Assembly (NCBI GenBank): GCA_965153455.1
Contig: OZ234493.1
Coordinates: 1,674,001-1,738,000, forward strand
Reading direction: 5' to 3'
DNA length: 64,000 bases
Source of the DNA: Sphagnum compactum
Lineage: Eukaryota
Shown: in pieces, positions 27,301-40,949 of the stretch
Layout of the letters: every line of letters begins with the position of its first letter
Numbering within the stretch: the stretch's first letter is position 1
The notes under the pieces: generated by a model
Database searches by the model: none
What the model was told of the DNA's origin: nothing
What the model saw: the letters and a program-made list of their open reading frames with translations, nothing else
Position numbers and translations under genes: made by a program

Positions 27301-28607
27301 AGTGTACGTGTACACACTTTGGTGTATAAGTGTACATATTTAGACATAAGAGGTTTTACACGCCTATTTACACTTATATGCACAACAATGGAATATTCCC
27401 TTGACGGTTATTAAGGTGGTTCTTAGGTTGACAATTGTGATTCTCAAAAATCAAAAAACCGATAATTAGGGTTTGCAAAACATTTGAAAAAGATTTAAAT
27501 AACCTTGATTAAAACCACCAATTCTTCATGAAAAACCTTTTGTTTTTTTTTGAGGTTTTTGGAATAACTTAAGCTAGCAATTCTTTGATCCTGCTGATCT
27601 AAAACCATCAATCTCATTGATTGGACTATATAACATAGCAGGAAATTTGAATACAAATGGAATTTGATTTTTAAAAAAGTGCATCTAGATCTTCAGCTAA
27701 TCGCCCACAAATTTGGTTCCCAGTTCAAGCCAAAATTGTATCACAAAATTAGACTCCAATGGGGAGTCCCTTCTAGTCCCTTCAAAGATTTTTGAGAAGA
27801 GGTAGTCCCAATTTCAACACAATATGGGGGCGAGGATGGCTTGTGCATGAACATAAAGCTTGAACTTGGAGCTTGTAGCTTAAAATTTAATGTGATTTTA
27901 ATCCACTTACATGGATGAATGTGTCCATAGATGAATGATTTCATATGGATTCATTGGATGAAATTCATTCAAAATTGTAAGATAAATAATTTTTTTTACT
28001 TGGACAAAATATGTTGTCCAAGTATTAATATCTCAAACTTAAATTTCATTTAATAATGATGGACAATGTAATTATAGGGGAAATATGATGATGGGACCAA
28101 AATATTTTAAAAATTTTGTTTGAAAAATTATTTTCATCAACAATGTTAAGTAATTAAAAAAATATTGTCATGGGATGAGTGTAACTCCCCCCCCCCTTCA
28201 ATTGTTGTCAACAACATGAATTAGATTTGACAAAAATTGTGGCACTCAAAGAAGAATGAAAATAAAATCCCCCGTTGTCATCCACAATGCTTATAACTAG
28301 GTTTGTAAGGAGTTGTGGCACCTTTAGAGAGGAAAAAAAAACCTAGTGTCGTTGACGACTAAGCCTACCAAGTTTGTGATTGGTGACAAGGACTGATACA
28401 AATGATTATGCAAAATTGTGACCAAAAAATTGTTTCCTTACAATGAGGGTTTTGAACATTGGTCTCGCATACAACTAGCTAATGTGGATGGGTCTACAAT
28501 CAGTCACAAATTACAGCACTTTGCAATACAAAGTTGATAAGAAAACTCATGTGTGACAAATGCTTGTGACATCCATCATGGGTTGTCCACACGCACCCTG
28601 CTACAAA

Positions 28608-28985
28608 ATTTCAGTGATGCCCAATTGGTGGTAAGTAAAAGAAATGTTCAGTGACACCCAATCAGGCAGTAAGTAACGAGAGATTTCAGTGAAACCCAAT
28701 TGGGCGCGCAAGTAAAATGAGTTACATAACTAAGAATGTGGTATAGACTACAGATAAAAGCGAATTTCAGTGGCACCCAATTGGTGGTAAATGAAAAGAA
28801 TTTCAGCGACGCCCAAGTGGTGGTAAGTAAAATGAGTTATATAACTAAGAATGTGGTATAGAATACAGATAAAAGAGAATTTCAGTGGCACCTGATTGGC
28901 GGTAAATGAAAAGAATTTCAGTGACACCCAATTGGCATTACAAGTGAAAGCATTACATAACTAAGAATGTGGTACAGACTACAGA
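28608..28985. repeat. Higher-order minisatellite: seven ~36-bp A units and three ~40-bp B units (AAAB-AAB-AAB)
   Basis: A = ttcagtg(a/g)cacccaattgg..gtaa.t.aaa; B = ttacataactaagaatgtggtatagactacaga. Confidence 0.85.
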
Positions 28986-29449
28986 CCCAATACTTATACT
29001 GCTATAATACTTTAGGATATCTGACCAGCTTAAGTCTAAGGTATGTCTTCACCAGCATGTTTATGGGTCCTACATTAGTATGTACTATTAACAATGTTGC
29101 AATTAATTCATTTTAGCAGCTCCTCAACTGGACTGTTGTAGACCCATATGGAGGGAAGGAGAAAAAAGGAAAAAAGAAGAAGAAGAAAAACCCACATTAA
29201 CCTCACATTTAGCAAGTAAAAACATGGTTTCCCAGGTATGAAAGTTTACCTCATCATCAATCCTGGAATGTTCATTGTGCACTCTTCTGAGAGAACCCCA
29301 AAAACAATAGATCCAATTTCCGTATGTTTTCCACTCTCAGATGCCAGTCCCATACCAAAGGGCATTTTACATACTTGAGAGAAATTGTTTTTTGAACTCC
29401 AAAGTCGTTGATCCTCTGAAAAGGAGAACATTGAGCTGAACAGAGGTGT

Positions 29450-32400
29450 CTAGCCTGCTGCCAAAGTTGTGTCCACCTCTACTTCCTTCTCTGTAAAACA
29501 TCGGTACATTATGCGGTCATTTCGTGCACTTTTGCTGCTCTCTAACGCTGCAGATACTACAAGCTCCTGCCAAAAACAATGGGCACCCCCACCCCCCAGT
29601 GTCACCACATTTTTCCTATCTTCATTCTGAGTCCTTCCTGTTGCTTCCCACATACAAGACTAGTACAATATCAATCCAGAAGACTCCAAACACCGGAATT
29701 CCCAAAAAGAAATTTCTCTTTATTTGAGCAAACCACTCATCCTCAACTCATGGATGCCATGCTTTATTTGACATATGAACCATTCAAGTTATAGCTTCAA
29801 TGAGGAGGACCCCAGCATACCTTGACAATTCGGTGTGACAGAAACATTCCAAGGGAGTGCAAGAGTCTGCGAATATCATCCGACTGCACAGCCACTCAAG
29901 ATCAAGTTTTACATCAGTATCAACAGAGCTACTACTACACACCCAAAGACCCAAACTACAGTATCAACAGTTTTATATCAGTATCAACAGAAGAGATAAT
30001 ACACACCCAAAGAAAGACCAGCAAACTACAGTGTTGACTGGACACATCTAGAGTTATAGCACATGGTAGGCTACTGAGACCAAGAGAAGAAAAATGCCCA
30101 CAGATTGACAAAAGCAGGTGGGGAAAAAATGGCATAAAAAATCCCGAGGAAAAACCACAATGCTCCAAAGTCATGAGATTGGGAAGTACTCTGAGACCAG
30201 GGAAGATAAACTCATTTTTACCTTAAGGTATCCAACTTTGTTCTTGTCAAAATAGCAGTATGCCAGGAGAAGCTCTTCATCAACAACCATCCTTGTTTCC
30301 ACCTTGTGATCTTTCAGCTTCTCCTGGAATAAAACAAATGTCATGAATCACCATCACTCAACCACGCACAGATTGATAATTGGCATTTTTGCCAACACTA
30401 AAAAATGCAGACATGCTTGATGATTGAGACATACTTGCTGCAATATGTCTCTACAATATGCATAGGATTAGGTACCTCCAAAATAGGGTCAGTAGTTGCA
30501 GCTGCCTCTGTCATTTCAGCATCCATCTCCTTGGTTTCCATGATACAATGAGTTCCCTCGATTTGGGCTTCTTTTGTCTCCACATGGACATTACTACATA
30601 TGTCTGCATCTTGGGAGTCAACAACATCTGGCTCTTTCTTTATGTTGTTGTTCATGTTGTCTTTGGTCCTCTCACCTTCAATTCCATTTTGCTCTACTCT
30701 TTTGGGTTGCTCCTCAGTCTTCAAACTGGCTTCAATTCTCACCTCAACTTCTGCCTTCATCACCACTACATCCAGCTTGTCTGAGAACTTACTGCGCTTC
30801 CGCTGAGAAGATGAACCCTCTGCATCCGTCTCTTTCTTGTTGTCTGACTTATGCTTCCGCTCCTGTTTCCAGCGAGCATAGCTATTCTGCCGCAACATCT
30901 GCAATAGTTGTACCTTATTTACTCTTTGCTGCATGATACCTGAGTACCCAAAGTTGATTGCATTGATGGAGAATGATGTGAACAACATTACCATTACCCA
31001 ACAAGAGATAAAAGTGTGAAATGTATACCTCCAAGTTTGACAATATGCGGGTCCCCATTTTGAACTGCAGGAACTCTTGGAAAACTTCCGCAAACAGAGA
31101 TAGCTGGGGGGAAAAACACACATCAAATCCAGGATGAATGTCGGACACAGAAGCACAGGGGCTTTGCTTTTTGTGGGGGGCCAATTTGCAGAGGGAGGGA
31201 TATTACAAGATGAAAAGTCTTTGATCAAAGTGAAATCTTTAGAGCAATTGTTATGATACTTCTAAAGCTTACATCCCAAATCCATCCAAATATGATCCCC
31301 CTGGCAAGGAAATCTTGCAAAAGAAACATCATCAGACACTTCCAAGTAATGTTGCAGGAGCAAAAGAAAGCAAGACATATTGTATGATGATGCAAGAAAG
31401 TTGTTTCTAGTTTACCTCAAAAGTGCACTCCTCCCTATCTTCTTCATCGTAGTCAAGTAGCCCATCTAATGAAATTGTCATAGATCGCATCTGCATGACA
31501 CAGGATGGACATTGCATTGCATGAAGAAAGTAGTGATGGGTTGCAATAGAAAGATGGAACCCGAGATGGAAACTCTCTCATCATGCACCACAGATGTTAT
31601 TTCACCATGTGGGTTTACCCATTGGATTTTTTCATCTCTTGAAGGAATGGCACCCATCACAAAATGCCATGTAATAAAAACAATCTGACAACTTGATCAA
31701 GCAATCGGTGAACCAAGAGTAAGTCGTAGACATGAATCATTGTTGCACATTCCACCTTAAAGGTCTTGGTTTGCTTAGTTGTAAGTATGAGGCCTGGCAA
31801 GGGAGCTTCCTCCTCCTTGACTATTACTTGCTCCTTGACCTTTGGCGATAACACCTGTGTTGCTCCATTTTGTTGTACTGCAGTGATTTTGTCCTCAGAC
31901 AGTTTTCTTTTACTGTCATCCACCTTTATCTCATTGTCAACAGTGACATCTTCTTGGACTGCAGTTGCTGCCTCTTCTTTCTCATGCTTGACTCCATTTG
32001 AATCCCCTGAGACAAGAAGGAGCCCCCATATGCTTAAACCTCATTAAATTGTTCCTCCTGACTGTGCGTGTATCTTTCTTTGTAAGTCTCACAGTAGTCT
32101 CGTACAACCAGTTATGAAACAACCAATTTCACATTCTGGATTGGCATAGATGGATGGAACAATCGCACACAGAAGAATTGCAGTTCCTTACAAATTTGGA
32201 CCCAAAGAAGGCAGTTTTGATACTGGATGCAAAAACAGGTATCTGAGATGATGAGTTGCACAATTTGCCAAATTTTCTCTACACCCCAATACTTCCTGTT
32301 CTGCATTGAACTACTGTAAAACAGTAAGTATGATTGAGTTTGGTGGCAAAACATATAAATCTGACAACCACAAAATAGTTGGACAATTGAAAGACACACA

Positions 32401-35400
32401 CACAAAAGAGAGCACTACCTTCCTCGGAAATTTCCACCTCCTCAGTGGGTGCCTCCTGCTTTTTCACAACAAGCATCCATTGCCCACCATGAGCACCATT
32501 TAAGTATTCTCATAACTGGTTTACTTGTCCGATGTGGCTCAATGCTTGTAATGAAATCAGAGGTCATTATTAAGCAAAATACTTACTGCCAATAGACTGA
32601 ACAAAGGTGGTTTCAAATGTAACAATTCAAGTCCTCCTCGGTGGTGTGCAAAAGCATGCATGAGATTGAGGAACCAACTGACTTGGTTGAGAAAAAGCTC
32701 ACAACATACAATTGATATTGTCAGCTGGGGTACCACAGTTTTCTCTCTCTCTAAGCATTCACAACATACCATTGGAAAGAGAAGGACATTGGGTGACAGT
32801 GGGAAAACCTTCTCGTCCTTGCTTGCAGCTTCAAGCTTTAGCTTTGCCTGCCGTCGCTCTATCCACTGTGTTTGCCAAACTTCTGGTGATGGAACACAGT
32901 CGAACAAGGTTGGGAAAAAAATCACTGTTATCTCCTTGTGGCTTGGTAGTCCATCTCCTCCCAATCTTTCATAGTGCACCTGCAATGGTTTTATCCCACA
33001 GCAAAAATACTTCTTCTTCAACTCTTCTCTGTAAAAGCATCATCTAATCTGACAAGAGTGTGTGGTAGTTGCCCTTACATTCTCCATCTCCACAGTAAAC
33101 ACAATATACTTGAGTAAAATATGCAATGATATCCACATTGGTTAAGGCATTCCCAAAAACTAAAACTGCGGAAAACTGCGAGTTTTGGGTAGTCATGAAT
33201 TCACAACTTTTACCTCCAAGAAACGAGTCCAGACCTTGCATGCACTCAAATCAAGTTGGGTAGAATCCTTTGTGCACCTGCACACATGTTACATACATCC
33301 TTGAAACACCAGCTGTTAAAAACATATCCCGATCTCAAAGAAAAAAATTACAGAAATGAGCAAAGTCACATACAAACCAACCACCAAGTGACAAACAAAA
33401 CAGAGATCAGTGTTGTATGGTCAACAACAATCAACCTGATTACTGCACGAATTAAGGCAGTATCATCAATGGCAGGATCACCACCATCAACTTCTGGGTC
33501 CCAAGTGCCTCCAGCTGCCATAATAGCACTCCGATCCTTCCGTAGTGCTACAAACTTGAGCAAATTGTGAAGATGGAAAGGCTTGCCTAGTTCTGTGGTC
33601 TTTTCTGACAGAAACTTAGCAAATGCTCCCACTGTCAATCCACTCATGAGCATGACCTGCAGCAAACCCAACCACAGCGTCCAGTCAGGAACTACTCCCA
33701 GAAACGTGATCAGCTCCTGTTGTTGGGTGAAAATGCCATGAGCAAAAAAGAGGATGATGAGCTTCAAGGCTTAATAACATGTGCAAAACACAGGAGGAGA
33801 TCCAATCCTTTGTGCTGATATTGCAGTAAAGAATTTTGAGGAAAAATTGCTGACCCTCTCAATCAGCATTCAGAATATATTCCAATCTCAGCAACACATT
33901 CATTACCTTTCTGTGTGCTCTTTGGAACACACCTAGAAGTATGCTGCCCACTTCTGGAAAAATATGAGATGCAGAGAGTTAAGAAAACACACTCAAAAGT
34001 ACAACCATAATAGCTGGAGGGGAACAAGCTCTTGGGTCCTCACTAAAAATGGAGGGTTTTGAAAAAGATCCAAGGCAGTTTCCTGAATGAGGTCACACAT
34101 GTAAAACATGCACTCGGAGTGCCAACCAGAAGCTGATGTGCAGCTGAGTTGAAGAAGCAGCAAAAATTGCAGAGAAAGGTTGAATCTTTTACAAAAGATA
34201 TTATGCCCAGGTCGATACCCAACAAGTTGATGCAATCGATTTTGCAGACATGGGCAACTGTCTTAAAGATGTGAGTAATTTGGAGCTAGTAGTAAGGGGG
34301 CGGAGCTGTCAAAATTTCCATCATGTTTCTTCTCATCACCAGTTTTACCTTTGCATTCCATATTGTGGTTTGTAGCCTCAGCTTAGAAGAAGTAGGAGTA
34401 GGAGTTATTGCTGAAGAAGCTGAAGATGGAAGCACTTTGTTGTTGGAGATATTTGGCGGTGGTGGTGGTGGGGCCTCCTTACTGGATTTGACCTCATCGT
34501 CTATGTCTACAGCCTCGTGCTCAAAGCTGTGGAAAATCCCATTCCAGGACCCACAGTTGGTATGTATAATTGACAGATGAAGGGTGGTGGGTTGTGGATA
34601 AATTTGTATGTATCATGCTGACGGAACAGGAAACTGGCTAACCAGCATCCCCTACTGCTGTGCTGCAGTTGAAACAGAAGAGTATGTCCTTTGTTTGAAG
34701 TTCTGAGTATTACCCCGATTGCTGAAGAAACAAAAAGTATGAAAGATTTGCAGGATGGAGATAGTTTTTGAAGCAAAGATTGAACACACCCAGCACCACT
34801 AATTGACTCCCTTGAAGCAACCATACTAATTCTGAGCTTGACCAGAACAGAAAAGTGGGAGTTCTTGAAATTGCAGTTTTCACAGCTCACTGAAAACATA
34901 ACCCGTAGTTAGAAACAATTCCATCATTTGTAACAGAGAGAGTATAGAGATAAACCTTATTGACAGGCTGAGAGGCACGTCAACATCCTTCCCGATCCAA
35001 CATACAATAAGCTGCAGCAGTTAAGAAGGGCACAACTGTGAACAACAGTACTCACCAAAAAAATAAAAATAAAATGGAGAGAGAGTGAGAGAGAGAGAGA
35101 GACAGAGGGAGAGATCTAACTGCCTTCTGCATATGGAATCTATACTGAGGTTCTGCTGAGTGACCTGACCTCCAAATATACTTCTTTCCAGTACTTAACC
35201 CATGTAAGCAGAACAAAACTTGAGTCCACATTCAGAAAATGGCTGAAATGGCAATACCCAAAATCAAACAAAGTCTACAGTTGCACAGTCAAGTCTAACC
35301 ACAATTTATGCTTATGAGATAAGATATGGAATTGCAAGTCATTACCTTTGAGAAGTCAGGCACCACATAAAGCTTAGAATAGCGCTTGCAAATAGACAGG

Positions 35401-38400
35401 TAATCTCTCTCTGGCTCCACCAGACTGTAGGGTTCAATCTGCAAAGTCCCTCATCAGAGTTTGTAAGTGTAGTTCATTCAATTACTCATCTTCCAAACAA
35501 AATTCCTCAAAACCTGAGTCCCTAGTCTCTTGTCTCCGGCACCAGTAACTCTTTTCTGTGTGCAACCCATGCACTCTTTCCTGTTGTCCCTCTTGGCAAA
35601 CTTGATCTGTATGATAAGATCACATTAGCAATCATTCTGGGATTCAATCACATCTGAGAAGCAGTTCTCAACTAAAGTGCCTGCAGAAACAATACAGACA
35701 AAGACATCACAAACCCATGTCATAGAATTTCAAGGAGTGGGAGATGCAAATCCACCACCTTGCAGATGTATTCCCTTCGCTTGTCTTTGGATGGCGACAT
35801 GTGCCTGAAAAAGGAATCACAAGCAAAGGAAACCCAGATTGGGATCTCTGTAAAGTCTTTCTTTTTCATGACATTTGGAAAGGACAAGGAGATGTTCCTG
35901 CATCGCTACAAACATTTTGGAAGTGCTTCACTAGTCTGCATCAGTGCTTCTCTTCTTAACAAGAAATATCTCTTAGAAGGCACAAACTTTTCACCTGTGC
36001 AAGGAATCATGACGAGGCAATTCTTTCCAGCTTCGGTTGTCACGATTGCCAGCTGCTGACATCTTGTGATCACGAGAAGCCCACAATCCAGGACTCTGAT
36101 CCCAATTCCTCTCATCATCCCTCCTCTCCCGATCTCTATCTCTATCCCTTCCTCTTTCTTGATCTTCACGTGTGTTGTTTCCTGTGCCTCCTCCATCCCG
36201 CCCACCTCCAATACCCACCTGGTTACTGCTACTGCTGCGCCCTCTCTCTCGGTTCTCTTGACGCCTGTTGTTATCATCAAAGTGTCGGTCTACACCTCGG
36301 AATGGAGGTCGATGATCACGGCAATCCTCGTTATGGCTACTGCCAATACTGGGTCGGTCAGAGCGGCTACCACCACCACCAGTACCCCTACCAGCACCAT
36401 GACCGATTTCTCTGTGTCCTGGAAAACCCCCACCAGCTCCTTGACCTGCATTGTAATCTCGCCCTGGAGGCAGTTGAACCCCTCCGTATCCCATACCAGG
36501 TGCAGTGTGGCCACTGTACATTTGACCTGTCAGATGATTGGCATGCAAACACCATGGACATGTAATGTGAAGCAGATCTAGGCATACTCTGGTGATGAAG
36601 ACTAATCCTGGATTTCATGACAAAAGACTGAAGAACCTGAGCTCAAAGAAACAACTGGTACCTCTGAGTCGCTTTCCACCAGTCATTCCTCCATACATGG
36701 ATGACTGTTGGCTGCCTGAGAAAGCAGCTGCACTACCAGCTGCAGTTCGTCCTCCTCCCCCAACTCCAAAAGGTGTTATGAGTTCTACTTCACCTCTGCC
36801 TGCTCCAAAGCTGCCACTGGTAATCATTCCCCTTGGGTTTCCCCCATACTCCTGACAGGCACCTCCTCTTATGCCCCTAAACCATCCCGCATACTCTTGT
36901 TGCGTCCTGCACATCAGGAAAAAAAAAAAAAAAAACGACCCCACCAATCAGACAGGGTGCTTTCAATTGGCCAGGAATGACAAAATTGATCTGTTACCTC
37001 CATGTAAGAAACATGGTATATGCTAGGAAGGGGAATACAACTAGCTGCATAAATGTACCTGGTGCCACTGTCCAAGGGTGAAGAGACTGCAGTTTGCATG
37101 ACCATGGGTGCCTGAAGTGCTTGTTGCTGTCGGAGAATCTGGCTCTGTCACATGAATCAAGGAATATTGAGACCCTATGACCAAATCCTAGACCCAAAAC
37201 TGCATAAAAACTGAACCCAAAAGGTAGGACCAGCAGAGATGTGTACTACACCTGCTGCTCCTGTCTTTGCTGAGAAACTGCAGCTGTGACATGTGCATCT
37301 TGATAGTGGCGGGCACTATCTCCTTGTGAATCCACCTGCCCATATGCACTTTGTGTTTGTCCGCACTGGACCCTCTCAGCCACTTGAAAATTGGTGCCTT
37401 TTAGAGTGTAGCTAGCTCCATACTGCTCAGCTGTTGTTGCTGCTGCTGCTGCTTTCAGGCTGTAAGGTGCTGTGGGTGATGTTGGACCCCCATACTCGCC
37501 ACTCTTTCCACCATAGCCCGCAGTGGATGCAGTTCCACCATACTTGGGTGTCTCCCCAAACTTGGCCATCTCTCCAAATTTGGTTGTCTCGCTATATTTT
37601 GAAATCTCAGCATAGTATGTAGCATCATCTGCAGTAGCATAGACATCAGATGCACTACCAGATGATGCTCCTCCCACCACATATGAAGCTCCACTAGCTA
37701 TGGTTGCTCTGCTATCCTGGGGTGCCCCATACACTGTTGAACCACATGTAGCCACAGTCTGTGCCTGGTAGTCATCATTAGATATCACTCCCTGTGCAAT
37801 CCCTGCCGGTGCCTGTCCAGAGGAAATGCCATGTGACACTGTCTGCAATCCTACTATCTCCATGTAACCCAAAGAAGCAGTTTGCAAACACACTTGGATG
37901 GCACATCCCAGTCTTTTCCACAGCATTCTTCCAATCTCTCTTGATCTTCTATAGAAGGGTCCTAGCTTGATGGATGGGGAGGGCACACACAAAGCCTTGG
38001 GAAAGGATCATTTTCTTCTGTCTGTTTGTTTTGTCAAATTGGAACTCTACAGCAGCAATGTTGAAATTACCTGTTGGCCAGAAGCCTGAGCAGCAGGAGC
38101 AGCAGCATAAATGGCCCCATATTGACCTGCATACTGGGTGGTAGCTGCAGTAGCTGCTGATATAGTTCCTGTGCCCATCACAGAAGCGAGGCCTGTGGCA
38201 GAGCGGCCATATGTGCCCTGAGATTGATCAGCCTGCTGAGCACCTTGCACTGAGGCTTGCTGTGACCATGTGACCTGCTGCTGTTGCTGTGCACTCATCT
38301 GTGCCCCTGTTGATATCGCACTATAGTTGTTGGCATTACTTCCATAACCCACTTGTGCCGAAGCAGCAGTTGCCTGCTGCCATGTCCAACATCATGAAAA

Positions 38401-39377
38401 TTCGATTCTACAATCAAATTCACATGAACAAGAAGAACTACAGGGGGATTGAGCATCAAAACAAATTCTTCTGAAAAGACTGACTCCTAAAATCTGAACT
38501 TTCAGGAAAATGGGAAATTTCATGAGAAAATGTAAAGGCCTTTTTTTTTTATTTATGTGTACCTGCTGCTGTGCATATGTTTGTTGGGTGTAAGTTTGTT
38601 GTGAGTAAGCTTGTGGTTGGGCATACATAGCACTGGCGGCAGATGAAGGTGTTGCAGCCCGTTCACCAGGATATGAGCTCGATGAGTAGGAATACTGTGA
38701 TGCAACAACTCCTTGCTGCCAGAACAAAACATTGCGCACCAACCCAGTAACAAAAAGCTTAAAAATTTGTCACTACCCACAATCTTTAAAACCAAAACCT
38801 TGCAATCTTTACATACCCTTACACAAATAGGCAACCAAATTTTCCTCCTCTAGCAACAAACCAAAAACCCACAATTTTTCAAAATTTGAACACAAGCCTA
38901 ATTCTCAATTGTCTGTGAAATTGTGTTTTTCACAACGAAGTCATTCATTCTTTGTTCCAGAAAAAATAAAATAAAAATAATAATACCCATAATAAAGCTT
39001 TAAAATCTTGTCACTACCCCACAATCTACTAAAACCAAAACTTTGCAATCTTCATATACTCTTTCCACAACAGGTAACCAAAATTTCCTCATCCAGCAAC
39101 AAACCAAAAGCCCACAATTTTTCAAAATTTGAACGCAACCCTAATTTTCAATTGTCTGCCAAAAAATGTGGTTTGTTCCTAATCGATTCACTCATTGTTT
39201 GTTTCCAAGAAAATAATAGTAATAATTATACCCATAATTACCTTTCTAACATAAAATGGTACATATTGAAGTTTGCACAATCAATTTTAGGCTATGAATC
39301 CAAATGGGTTATAGATGCAAGAAAGATACCTGCTGCTGTGCTGCTGCAGTCCTAGCCAGACCCCATTGATGATCCAT
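29450..39377 (-). CDS. RSA1: RSA1/EMB1579-like nuclear protein (CCAR1/DBC1 family): low-complexity N-terminus, DBC1 Nudix-like domain, C-terminal EF-hand; about 1309 aa, 22 coding exons
   Basis: Exons 39377-39330, 38715-38563, 38373(or 38376)-38071, 37842-37252, 37144-37059, 36906-36662, 36526-35995, 35804-35759, 35438-35346, 35011-34956, 34526-34349, 33656-33436, 33277-33214, 32979-32809, 32455-32419, 32006-31756, 31490-31416, 31103-31029, 30898-30476, 30323-30222, 29883-29821, 29566-29450. All are GT-AG with continuous phase (3930 nt). Family motifs: KRREYICK|IEPYSLVEPERDY..KRYSKLYVVPDFSK, WNAK|VMLMSG, AAGGTWDPEVDGGDP, LDLSACKVWTRFLE|VHYER, ISLDGLLDYDEED..FE|LSLFAEVFQEFLQ, LLAYCYFDKNKVGYLK. 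N-terminal exon edges are less certain. Confidence 0.9.
38753..39238. repeat. Diverged tandem duplication (~241 bp x2) in RSA1 intron 1
   Basis: aaagctt..aaa..ttgtcactaccc.acaatct..aaaaccaaaac.ttgcaatctt...tacccataat occurs at about 38753 and 38994. Confidence 0.85.
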
Positions 39378-40132
39378 TGCAATGCCTCCTCCTCCTCTGC
39401 CTCCTCCTCCTCCTGCTTAAGAAAACACTTAGTGTCTGCACTAATCTAGTATGACAACAAACCCCATGCTGAGTGGCATGAGATTTGAAAAGCTTAGAAT
39501 GATAGAAACAGCAACAACAAGAGAGCAAATGCACACACTCTTATGCAAGAGGTGGTGCCCCTTTGCTCTCATAGGTACCACCAAAAAAACATGTTGTAAC
39601 TGTGTACCATTTCATGTATGGGGGTATATATGTGTATATATAATGTAGGTATACTACACACACACAGACACAAAATGCATGTATATTACATATACAAGAG
39701 ATGTCTGTGGTGGTTTGTTGTAGTCCCTAATTTGGAGTCAAATGGGTGTGTCTCAACTTGCACATCTGCTCTTGCTATTGGACAAGGAGAAACAAACTTA
39801 GAGAAACATAAAATGGCAACAATCAATCTCAGCAGCAATGAGGTGTGGTCATCAATATGTGTGTGTGTGTGGGGTTTAAAAAAAACCAGAAAAATGTGTG
39901 TGTTTGTTTAGGAGCACCCACCCACAATTTGAGATGCTAACAAAACAGGACTTCACACTTCTTGAATTGTAACTGCATTGTGAGATTTCTTCCAGTCTCA
40001 ATTGTCACATACAAAGCACATCAAGCATGCACAGAAATTTCTTAAGTGTATTTGAAGGGCACACCTTATTATGTCCATGAATATTTCTTCCTAGAAAAGA
40101 GGAGTGATCTTGAGGTGGTCAATGGGATTAGC

Positions 40133-40356
40133 TAAAAGAATAAACTAACCCTAATGGTATCCCATTCACATTGAAGCAGTAAAATCTGACTTGGCAAAAT
40201 CTGACATGGCATTGGGGCTAAGAGAGGGATAAATATGTTGTGATATTTGAACTTAAAAGAATAAACTAACCCGAACGCTATCCCATTCACACAAAAGCAA
40301 CAAAAAAACTGACTTGGCAAATGACATGGAATTGGGGTTAAGAGGGAGATACATGT
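40133..40356. repeat. Diverged tandem duplication (~121 bp x2)
   Basis: taaaagaataaactaaccc...tatcccattcaca...ctgacttggcaaa..tgacatgg.attgggg.taagag at about 40133 and 40254. Confidence 0.8.
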
Positions 40357-40913
40357 GAGAGTAGGCCTTCCTCAATGTAAAGCACAAAAGCTTTGTTTAT
40401 TCAAATTGCAAAAGGTTTGCATGTGATTAGTGGAAGGGTCCTTAAACTAAGGAAGGTTTACAAGGAGGTAGTTTCAAATACAAAGAAAAAAACCTTGAAG
40501 TTTTTTCCCTCATTAGAGTGTTGGCTTTACACTTATACTATGGATAGAAGCTAGAAGACATTACATCATCAATGGGTCCTTCTTGTAGGGCAATACAAAA
40601 GTAACTTTGCTTTGTTTTTTTTTTCCTTCACAACTCATTTGTCTAACCAAGATGTTTTTGGTGGTGCCCAAACACAACTTGTTGTTACCCACACACACAC
40701 ACACACACACACACTCTTTGGCTATTATGCACATTTTGAACTTGTAATGGATTGGGCCAAATGCAATCAAAGAAAAACATAAAATCTAGTGAAGATGATT
40801 CATTGGAGATGGTTTAGGTAGGACGATTTTAAATTCCTCAAGCCATCGTACATTGGACAATTCCAAATTGGAATTTGTTTAGCTTGTTCCCAAGTGAAGA
40901 AGCATGGAAAGGT

Positions 40914-40949
<36 letters not shown>

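Noticed and set aside
28608-28985. CRISPR-like look (36-bp repeats with ~40-bp intervening segments)
   Set aside because: The intervening segments are copies of each other, many repeats are adjacent with no spacer, the repeats are degenerate, there are no cas genes, and the context is eukaryotic.
29200-29250. Possible 3'-UTR intron donor (GAG|GTAAAC) in RSA1
   Set aside because: No convincing paired acceptor could be assigned from sequence alone.
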